Source: Octopus vulgaris (lineage: Eukaryota). From it: 64,000 bases of DNA. Each line of letters opens with the position of its first letter. Position 1 is the stretch's first letter. This document shows positions 26,269 to 38,200 of the stretch, in pieces. The translations under genes and the position numbers were made by a program. Where the stretch lies: the NCBI GenBank assembly GCA_951406725.2, contig OX597817.1:34410001-34474000 (forward strand), written 5' to 3'. The notes beneath the pieces were generated by a model. That model ran no database searches, was not told the DNA's origin, and was given only the letters and a program-made list of their open reading frames with translations.

Positions 26269-29200
26269 CAAAATGGGACAAGAATGCAAAACACTCAAAG
26301 AGACGACACAAAAAACGGACGGGTCATTCGAAGCCTCTAATCTTCAGTCAAGAACCGGATCATCCTCACAATTTCGGCTGATTAATCTTGAGATCACTCC
26401 GATCCGGCTAGCCCCAAGGAAAAACTAAGCTACGAGCATTAGATTTCTTGGAAAAAGGATCGAATGTATACGAAACAAGGACAGAAAAACGGATGATGCT
26501 ACACAAATATAAATACAAAAAACAACAATAGTAATAACAGGACAAAAACAGCGGGTGTCTTACGACTATAGACAGTACAACTTAGTTTAGCTGGCGTATT
26601 TAGAAAAAAAAAAAATATATATATGTGTGGAATTGAAACACCAAATGGTTGAAACAAGATATATATTGGAAATACGACACATTTCAAACAGAGATATAGA
26701 AGCCATCTGAGCTCCTTTAATAATCCCAAATATAAGACATCAAAGGCATTGGCAACATATATAAACAACCTTAACGAAAAGGATATTACATATAGATTAT
26801 CGTGGTCTAATCTTGTGTAGCCCCCCCCATATAGAAATGGATCCACAAGGTCCAATTTGTGCATCAGGGTAGCATACATTATATTAAAACTCTATAATCA
26901 TTCCATATTGAATAAATTTACCAATGCATTACCTGCTTGTACACATAGGATCCACTCAAAGTTCTTAAAAATATTTAAAAATAAAAATAAGTGTAATAAA
27001 TGAGATTTGATCTCGGATATCTAATTTCATAATAATATAGGAATAAAAATTAACATGTAACAAAATATTAGTTCTGGTAGATTTTCTGGCCCTATCCATT
27101 AATATATAAATTAGATACTATTAGATAAATATAATTTTTTAGGATAATATCTCACATTGCCGCTGCCGATCGACCGGTCCTGGTATGTAGATGTGTTTAC
27201 AAACTTTGTATAACATCCTGATGAGGGGAATGCCATGATTAATAATATGAAATATGTCATATTCCTTAGCACATCTCTGAAACGGCCTGTAGATGTGATT
27301 TTGCAAATGTCATTGTCCAAAACATAAGAGTTACAGATGGTCAGTTTACCAATTTTTTCTATGGCTTAACCCTCGAGCATTCAAATTACTTTGTCAAATA
27401 TAATATTTATTTATTCATATTTTATAACATTAATCCTGTATTATCTCATAGCTTTGAGATTTCAAAGATGTGGTTGTTTATTTTTAAAATGGCATTGTAG
27501 GGTAGGTGTGAGAGGCTTAATATGGCCATTCTGAACATAAAACAATATTTGGGCTGGATATGACCAGTTTAAATGCTAAAGGGCTAAATTTTAAGGTTGG
27601 ATTCTTGAAGATTTTAAGAATGGATTCTTGAAGGATTCTCCTAGTTTAAATATTGCCTCCTTAAACATTACACTATCAAACCTATTGTTATTGTACCATA
27701 TATTATTCATCTTATCATTATCCTTAAATGCCCTTTTACAAAACTTGTTAAAGTGTAGAGGGCATATTCCATCTTCATTTTTGTTTTGTAGAATGGTTAA
27801 ACCTTTCTGTTTTTCTTTATATATCTTGAGTATCCTGAGCATTTGGAAGCTAACATACTGAATGTGTTCTCACCATTCTTGTGGTTGGCACATTGGTAAC
27901 ACATTCTCCCATCATATCTTCCTATTGAGTATACTGAGTTCATTTTATTGTGGTACCAGTGCTTGTCAGGTTTCTTTGAATTCTGTGAAATGCTAAATGA
28001 ATTTCTTGCTGCAACAAATATTTCAGTACTACAACTAAAACAAAAAAAAATAAATAAATATCCCTATTACAGTGAGAAGCTTTTACTGCTAGGGAATATA
28101 TTTTGCTTTTTTGTACTGAAATATTTGAGAAGGGTGGGGCAAACCATAAAATATTGCAGGACCTATTCTTACCACTTGATGGATGAGGAGGTGGAGGTTT
28201 TATAAAAGCTTAACAAGTGGCAAAATAAATTAGCATTTTGGTCAGAAAACCCTGGAAAGCTGTATTTCACAAGGCTTTTTGTGGTTTTTATCATATAAAT
28301 AAAACATCCACTTTTCCATGCTTGCTTGGGTTGGGCAGGGTTTTATATGTCCTTCATGTTACCAGTCCTTATGTTTCCAAGCAAGTTAATATTTTTCCCG
28401 TGGCCATACACATTTTCCCCACAATATTAGAAATGAATGACATTTGTTTACAGCAATCATGGGATGTCAAGGCAAGGTAACACAAACAAAAACACACACA
28501 TGCATGAAAGGCCTCTTTCAATATCCATCTACCAAATCCACTCACAAGGTTTTAGTTCACCCAGGGCTATAATAGAAGACTTGCCCAAGGTGCCACAGTA
28601 AGGCTGAACATGAAACCATATAGTCTGGAAGCAAACTTAACTCAAGGCCTCATTTCTGTAACTTAATGCACTTAAGTATTCCATTATGATCTGTTCTGGT
28701 TGAGCATCCAAATGCACTTTGAACACCAATGCAGGGTTCCAAGCAACCATAATGGTGAAAAGTATGTAGTAACTAATAATATAAACATGTTTCATAATTT
28801 CTTATATATTCTCTTTTACTCTTTTACTTGTTTCAGTCATTTGACTGTGGCCATGCTGGAGCACCGCCTTTAGTCGAGCAAATCGACCCCAGGACTTATT
28901 CTTTGTAAGCCTAGTACTTATTATGTCGGTCTCTTTTGCCGAACCGCTAAGTTACGGGGACGTAAACACACCGGCATCGGTTGTCAAGCAATTGTGGTGG
29001 GACAAACACAGACGCACAAACATATACACACACACACACATATATATATACATATATACGACGGGCTTCTTTCAATTTCCGTCTACCAAATCCACTCACA
29101 AGGCTTTGGTCAACCCGAGGCTATAGTAGAAGACACTTGCCCAAGGTGCCACACAGTGGGAATGTGGTTGGTACGCAAGCTACTTACCACACAGCCACTC

Positions 29201-32200
29201 CTGTGCCTATATCTATATGTATATATTGTATGAGCAAAACAGTCTTGTAAACTCAATGACATAGAATAGCAGTTAGGGTAAGGGCAATGTGTTGATTAGA
29301 AGTCGGGTCATCTTAATGTATTAGCATTTTGTTGTATCAGACAAGTATATTAATTACAAAATTATGTGTATTAGTTTTTTTCATTTCTTGTGTTTTGCTT
29401 TATGAATAGAAATTTTGAAAAACTAAAAGTAATTAGTTTTATTCACTTTGTTTTTCATGTTTGCACTAAATATGCAAATTTCAAGTGCCAGGTCCAAAAA
29501 GAATAATCCTTTTTTTTTTTTTTTTTAGGGAATCATATTTTTCAAATTTTCAGGGTGTGGCCATCTCACTTTTTTTTTTATGGTTTCAGAAATTTCATCA
29601 TATTTCTAGAAACAAAAGTATTCCAACCATCACTATCCCTTTTTATTAATTAAAATTTCAGCTCAAATTAAGAAGTAGTGAAAGAAGCAAAATTTAATAC
29701 AATTTATAATAAAGCAGTTAAATGTTATTTTGATTTTGTATGCAAGTTTTGAAACATTTTGGAAGAATCATTTTTGCCAATAAGAAATACCTGCACTAGT
29801 TCTATTTCACTTATTAGTCAGCTTGGTAGTAAGCTGGTAGAATTGTTAGTACATCAGATAAAATGCTTTACAGCATTTTGTCCAGCTCTTTTGAGTTCAA
29901 ATTGATGTTGACTTTGTTCTCCATCCTTTTAGGAGTCAATAAAATAAGTACCTGTTGATGGTATTGACCTCTCTTCTAAAAGTTGCTGGCTTTGTGCCAA
30001 AATTAGAATTATTAGTCAACTACTTTAATTGTTGATCAGTTTGGTGGAGTATTAACAAGATTTGTGGGTATGCCATTTTAACCCTTTAGTGTTCAGATTA
30101 TTCTGTCAAATGTGATGTTTGTTTATTTAAAATGGTTTGAATTAATCATGCATTATCTTGTAGTTTAGGGATTTCAGTGATGTGATTTTTTTAGTTTTAG
30201 AATGACATGGTAGGGCTGAGGTGAGAGGCGAGAGCTGGTCAGTTTCAATATAAAACAGGTTAAATATTTTGGCTGGATACGGCCGGTTTGAATGCTAAAG
30301 GGTTAATGAATTTTGACTTGGGTTGTTTTTGCTTAAATTTTCTGAATATTATTATAAGAAAGTTTGATTAAATTATGAAGAACAAATAGTGCTTTATGTA
30401 ATGGTGATAAATCAAAGAAAACAAACAGTAGTAAAAATTATGATGAAATAACAATATATAATTTTCAAATATAAAAATCTAAGTTCAGTTTTTCACTTCT
30501 GACATCAATTTTGTTGTACGAATAACAATGAAATTTTATAAAATTTTCACATGGTCAATTGATATACTATTGTGTTGAAGTTTCCTCAAATCTGTAATTC
30601 TTTTAGAAGCTAGTTATTCTGTCTTGAAATCTATGTCCAGTCCCCAGTCAAAAAGAAACAGGCTGTATAAAGTTTATTCTAGAAAATGGATGATGTGTGA
30701 TGTGCAGTGTGAGCTGTGTTAGTAGTTTTTGTTTTCTTCCAAATTGAGCAGACTTATGATCAAAAGTATTCCTACTGCAGCTATCTTATCATTTGTTTTT
30801 TGTTCTTTTTTTATCTCATACTACAATATAGTCAGTGTGTCTTTTTCTTAACTCTTTAGCATTCAGATTACTGTTTGCTTATTTATTCACATTCTTTTGA
30901 ATTTATCTTCCATTATCTTGTAGCTTCATGATTTCAAATGATGTGCTTGTTTGCTTGTAAAATAATACTGTAGAGTAGGTGTGGGAGGTCAAATCTGGCT
31001 GGTTTAAACTTAAAACAGGTAGAATATTCTAGCTGGATATGGCTGGTTTAAATGCTAAAGGGTTGAAGATGATTAGATTAGATTTGTAGGGGATTTTGAC
31101 TTCTACTTCTTCAAAGTTGTATGATTGTATGGTGTTGAATCTCTGGCCATGTGAACAGGATTGAAATATATATATATACACACACACATATATACGATGG
31201 GCTTCTTTCAGTTTCCGTCTACCAAATCCACTCACAAGGCTTTGGTCGGCCCGAGGCTACAGTAGAAGACACTTGCCCAAGGTACCATGCAGTGGGACTG
31301 AACCCGGAACCATGTGGTTGGTAAGCAAGCTACTTACCACACAGCCACTCCTATGCCTGATAATATTTTGTGTTGTAGACTTAAAAATTTGTTAATGTAT
31401 GTGAAATTTTCTCATCTTTGAACCAGGTTTTCAGTTTTATTTACATAATTATGTATTTATTATTCTCTTGAAAGGCTTTTGAGGAATTTGTGAATTGTTT
31501 ACATAATTATTTCTTCAAGTCTCAGGAATTATAGTTTACAGGATTGATTTATACTAATAGATGGCATCTCTTGCTAGTATATTTGATAATAGTAATCATA
31601 GACATCATCATAGCCATCATTTAATGTCTGTTTTCCATGCTGGCATGGGTTGGACTGTTTGACAGGAGCTGGCAAGCTGCAGAGTTGCACCAGGCTCCAA
31701 TTGTCTGATATAGCATAGCTTCTACAGCTGGATGCCCATTCTAATGCCATCCACTTCACAAAGTATACTGGTTTTTTTTTATGTGGTACTTGCACAACTG
31801 CTTAAATCTGTTTAATATATCAAAAATATTTTTCTTGAAAATTCCAAGAGAGAAAATTCATTTTACTGGTAATGATGTAAATGACAAACACTGAAGATAA
31901 ACAAATAGTTTTAAAGCTATTTATTTATTTATTTTTTTCAGTTTCCAGTATGTTCTTGGAGCTGCAACCTCACCTGCTGTTAAAAGAAACGAGGAAACCC
32001 TTACTTATTTGAATCAAGGTAAATATAAAGAAGAATATTTACATCATCATTGATAACAAGAACAAAAAAAAATAGTTTGGAATGTTCTTAGCAATTCCAA
32101 TTGTACTTTATGGGTGAAAATTATGGATGTTGGATGCTGAATGTGAGAAAGAGGTCATGAAATGTCATAGAAAGGTATTTTGTTTTCCATATACAGAACA

Positions 32201-35200
32201 AACTAACAAGTGTTAGGAAAGGAACCATTTGGACAGTTGCAAACTACTACACACTTCCCTTAATTGTTGGAAGGTGGAATATGAGGTGCTTCTTCATCAT
32301 GTAATCCAGTATCATGATACTGTACGTCTGTCTATCAGATGTGGTAAAAAGGAGTACAGAATGACCCTGATAAGTTATGGATTTTGAATGATTGATATTT
32401 TTGAGCATCTCCTAGGAAACACAGCTATGTAGGTTGTAGTGATTAAGGTTTTTAGGATCAAGGGACATACTAGGCAGACTAGTTTAGTGGAATTGTAGCC
32501 ATGAATCGTTGTCATTCAGATCCAAGTCAACTCTGATCAAGAAGACTGGTGGCCAAAGGTATTGAAACTATAACCATCCATCTCTTTCTGTATGCTGTAT
32601 GGCTTTGTATTGCCTCAGTCATTTTCTACTATTTCTTCTTTGCAAACTAAGCCAGCTATGCAAGATCTATTTCTAGCTGATCTAACACAGAGTTAATGTG
32701 ACTGGGAAGTTCAGCCTCCAACCTGATTGGGGTTGGAACCTACCAGTCTGATTTACCCTATATACATACCAAATGGGGCTTTTTGTTTAAGCCTTTGTAC
32801 CCAGTAAAATATTTTCATTTAGTTTAGGAATCATCATCATCATTTAATGTCTGCCTTCCATACTGGCATGGGTGGAATGGTTTGATAGGAGCTGGCCAGG
32901 CAGAAGCCTGCACCATACTTCTGTGACTGTTTTGGCAGGACTTTTACAACTGGATGCTCTTCCTAACACCAACCACCCAGCAGAGTGCTTTTTACGTAGC
33001 ACAAGCACAGGCGAGGTTAGTTTTGGCAAGGTTTTTACAACTGGATACCCTTCCAAACGCCAACCACTTTACAGCAAGTACTAATGATGCTTTTAAGTGG
33101 CACACTGTAAAATGTTGAAGTGATTAAAATATAATATTGATATATAATTGTTTCCTGACTAAGGAGCAGTTCATTGGTTAGTAAGATTATGTGGTTGCTG
33201 TTGTTTAGCACCAAGCAAACCTACAGATCAGAAGCATTCCAGCCATGACCCTCCAAGGTGTTCTTCATTTTTTTTTAAAACAGGAGAATGTGACTTGAGG
33301 GAGATATGGAATCTTGGATATTTATAACAGACCAAACAACCATATTGAGGTCCCTTTTTACTGGTTTTATTTATATCATGTGCTTTGACAAAACATATTT
33401 TGAGAATTTCATAATCTTGCAATGACAAATTTGATTATTTATCTACTTTCAGAACATAGGTCTTTAGCATATTTTGCTTCATCATCACCATCATTTAATG
33501 TCCATGTTCCATGCTAGCATGAGTGGGACTATGCTTGTATTTCTATTTCTAGATTGGTAGTAATTTGTATAGACTAAAATGAGTCAAAATCATGCCATGT
33601 TGGCATATTAATGTTTACAGCCGGCCATTGACCCACAAGCAATTTGCCTTACCTTTGCCTTCTTGTTTCCAGTTTTGCAGGTTTCCACTGTGTTAGTTTA
33701 CATGTTTACCAGTCAAAAAACCATTTAGCTTCACCTGATATATATTAAATTAGTTTTACCTTTTTTTATACAAACCCAACTGAGACCACCCATGGTTACA
33801 TTTGTATTTCATACACATAATTTTGTATTTTAAAATTTTACTTGTACTTACCTGTAACTAAAGTGGTTTTGAGATTAATTCCAGAATAGGTGAATGGGAG
33901 AACTTTCTCCTGTGCATGATGAAACACCTGTTCAATATATCAATAAATAAAACATTTTATGAAATCAGTATGAAATCTTGATAATATTTTAAATATAAAG
34001 AAATGCATGTGTTTAATTAGAAATATAGCAATGAACTGGAAATATGATATACTTATTTCTTAAGAAAGCAAAAATGAAAGTAGACCAAAGTACTTCATAA
34101 TCTAATTAATTTAACTAATTAATTTAAATGAGTTTGTGCTGTAAATTTAACATCCCTGTTTTTCATATGCCAATATGGAAAACAGTGGTGATAAAAGAGA
34201 CGAAGAAAACCATATACACATTTTTGCAATTGGGGATTGTTGATGTTGCTTAATTCCAAGTCAGCTTTGTTGAGCAGACTTGTGAGTGAAGGCATTTTAG
34301 CCATCTTTCTTCTCAGATATATTTATTTATCTAGGGCCATATTGCTCAGTGTCCTTCCTTTATTATGATTTAAGGGAGGTTTAGCTGCTATTTATAGTGG
34401 TTCAGGCAACCACATGAAGGCTTTCTCATTAGTTGGATTTGCAAATAGTTGAAATATTTGACACTGAAATAACGTTTTTTTTGTAACCCCAAAAGTAGCT
34501 CAAAACTCCTAATCTCAAAATATTCTGCAACAAACAAATGTGTGAAGTAAGTCTTAGAGATTAAAAGATTTGAAAGAAATATTTTGATATTTGTTTCTTG
34601 TGTTTTTCTAGGTCAGTCATATGAAATTAAATTGAAAAAGCTTGGAGATTTATCAAATTTAAAAGGCAAATATCTCCGGGTATGTATATATAAAGTTTGA
34701 TATTATTTCTTAAGGAATTATACTACCTTGCCTTGTCTTCAATATTTACTCTCACAATTTGGTGTCTGATTTATAATTTTTGTAATAAGCCAATTGAGTG
34801 AAGTATTGAAATAACAGCTCTCACATTGAGAACTCATATTTCACTACAAAAATATATTTGTTTACCCGTAGGATAAGCCTGCCCCCCCTCCCCAAGCAGA
34901 TTTATGATCGAAGGTATTTTAACTGAACATCCCATCTGTTTTTAGGTATGTGTCTAGGACTACATTGCCTTATGTATCCTTTCCCATTTAAGATGCTGTG
35001 GTGTGATTTAAAGAAGATTTAGTTGTTATTTCTAGGGAAGATTTATCTGTTATCAGTTTCATATTAAAAAATAATACCTCTTTCAGTTTGAGACATTTGC
35101 ATACAGGAATATATATCAAGAAACAAGGGTAATAGGTGTCAGTTTTTATTCATTAGTCATGATAAAAACCATGGAAATCTAGTAAGAAGCTCCACAGCCC

Positions 35201-38200
35201 CAGGCCCCACACAACCAGGCAATTTTAAATGCACCTGCTGATGATGTTATACCTGTACCTACATTAACAATACTACTACCATCAGTGGGCCTTAGAAACA
35301 ATATATTATGCATCTACTGATGCATGTCATATGCAAACTTTGCAGTGCCCTTGATATTGGGGAAATAGGCCAATGCTTTGCTGACTGCATTTGGGAGTGT
35401 ATTTGAAGCACATTTGTATATGTATATGTGTATTTGAAGCACATTTGTATTTGTATATGGCCAGCCAGTTGCCACTTACTTCAACACTATAGCCCATTCC
35501 ATCATCCACCTATCAGTATGCAACATTGTCACACACCATGTATCCACATTCCCAAAGAAATGGTGAGAAGGTTTCATATTTGAACTTGGCACCATATTAC
35601 CGACAGGTTTAAATGAACATTTTTTTTTCCCTTCTACTCTTTCATTTCGTAGTTCATTCAACCTTTTCTTATCCTTCAACTCCTCTGTCTCTCTCTCATC
35701 ATTTCCCTTCATCTCACTCCTGACTTAGCCTGCTTCTCCTCATTCCTTTACTTTTTCCATTTTTATACTGATTCTCCTATCACTTCTTGTTCATGTATGA
35801 AACTTGCATAATCCTGCACTACTTATCAGTTGCAGCCAGTTTTTTTTTAAATCAGAGGATATAAAATTCTGGTACTTATTATTAATTTCTCTCCTTTCAA
35901 ATTTTCCCAGAAGATGGACACTGTCCAAAACATTGGATTTCCCACTCCTCATGGCAAGTTCATTGTACTCTTTTTATTTATTATATCATCATCATCATCA
36001 TTTAACGTCCGCTTTCCATGCTAGCATGGGTTGGACGATTTGACTGAGGACTGGCAAACCAGATGGCTGTGCCAGGCTCCAATCTGTCCTAACGCCAACC
36101 ATTCCGAGAGTGTAGTGGGTGCTTTTACGTGTCACCGGCACGAGGGCCAGTCTGGCGGTTCTGGCAAAGGCCACACTTGAAATGGTGTTTTTTACGTGTC
36201 ACCTACACAAGAGTCAGTCCAGTGGCACTAGCAACGACCTCGCTCGAATGTTTTGTTCACGTGCCAATAAGGCAATGCTGGTAACAATCATGCTTTTTAC
36301 GTGCCACCAGCACGGAATCCAGATAGCCGCTCTGGCAGTGATCCCACTCGGATGGAGCTGTTACCGCTCCACTGATATATATATTTATATGAATTGATTG
36401 AGTTATTAGAACATTGAGTAGAATGTCTCCTGGTGTTTGTTATGTTCTGAATTCAAATGTTGCCAGTGTCAAACTTGTCTTTTGTTCTTTTAAGCTTGAT
36501 AAAAAAAAAAGTACTCCTGGAGCCGTGGAACTGTAAAAAAAATGACTTGCACTATTTGTTCCAACTCTTTGCATTCTGAGTTCAAATCTTGCGATGACCT
36601 TCTTCAGTGGGAGACAGAATCTGTCACTTACTCTAACGCCTCCTTCTTTTACATTGGGTACTTTTGGCAAACCCACTCACTGTTGCATACACTTGGACTA
36701 TATGTCTGGTCTGAAGATAACTTCCTCATCCTGGGCTTGCCTTTCCTCTTGACTAAAAGATATACACACACACACACATACATATCACACACACACACAC
36801 ACATATCACACACACACACACATTATAGTAGACAACAGACTGGAATTGAAATCTGTTTTCACTTACTTTGTCCAGTAAGTCCCCTGTCCTTCAGGTTTCA
36901 GTTATGTTGTATTTATTAATCCAGACTTAATCCAGAGGATAGGTCAGTACCCATGATCTTTGTAGAGTTTCCAACACTTTTAGGATTGATATTACGGATG
37001 TTCAGTTTATCATGTAAGGTTAGCACCTGCATGAAAAACATGTTCCAGTGGTAGGAGGAGGAGATTCACACGATTGACTGTTAGGGAAACAAAAATTAAA
37101 AGAAGTGGCTAAGGTTTTATGCACTATTGAATACTGTGCTCTCATATTGATTATACTTTAGATATGTATGGACATGTTTGTGTCATATTTATTGTTAAAT
37201 CATTAACCCTTTCGTTACTGTATTTATTTTGAGAGGCTCTGTGTTTCTTTCAATTACTTTAAATATAACAAAGGATTTAGTAAAATAACTTAGTTATCAT
37301 TCAGCTAGTGTTAGGAGCATAAATTGTGACTAAAGTTTGGAAGATTTTAATTCAAATCTTATGAAAACAAGACATTTGTACTCAGAGCCAGAGCCGGTTT
37401 CAGCCGGGTTGGTAACGAAAGGATTAAAAGCCTCTAATTTATTTATGATCTTGTGCATGTTTCATTTTGGGATTTGGTTTGTTATTTGATGTGCATTAAT
37501 TGTTATCAAAACTTAAACCATAGTTTATTTATATTTTGTTGTAAACTAAACTGTGTAAATACTACTGAATCCTACCTAATCACTTGCTTTATGAGCCAGT
37601 GTTGTGTGTGAAGATACTTGGGCTTTTTATTATATTTGTTGTTTGGATTTGTTGGTATTTACTTTTAGAGTTGAGTAGATATGGTTGTGTAGGTAAGAAG
37701 TTTGCTTCCTAACCACATGGGTCTGGGTTCAGCCCTACTGTGTGGAATCTTGGGCAAGTCTCTTCTATTCTCGTCTTGGGCTGACCAAAGCCTTGTAAGT
37801 GGATTGGGAGATGGAAACTGAAAGAAGCACTTTATATGTGTCTGTGTTTGTCTCCCACCACTGCTTGACAACTCTTGGTGTGGTGTGTTTATATCTCTGT
37901 GACTTAGCAGTTCATCAAACGAGTTGGATAGAATAAGTACCAAGCTCTTAAAAAAAGGAATCCTGGGATTGGTTCATTTGACTAAGATTCTTCGAGGTTA
38001 AAACAAATGAAAATCATGATGACAATAGTGTAACAAACATTTTGGGTGATAGATTTAATCTGCTCAGTGTAACACTAACACTTGACTTGTGGGTGCTGTT
38101 GTGCAAGTATTACACCTAGGTCTCTGGTTCAAAACCTCATCTTAGTTTTGCATTAGTTTTGAGATTTTGATAGACTTGAGCTCCTCTTCAATATTGTTTT

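Noticed and set aside
33880-33950. GAAACACCTGTT plus AATAAA, pLTR-like
   Set aside because: No CTGANGA core found upstream; too decayed to call.
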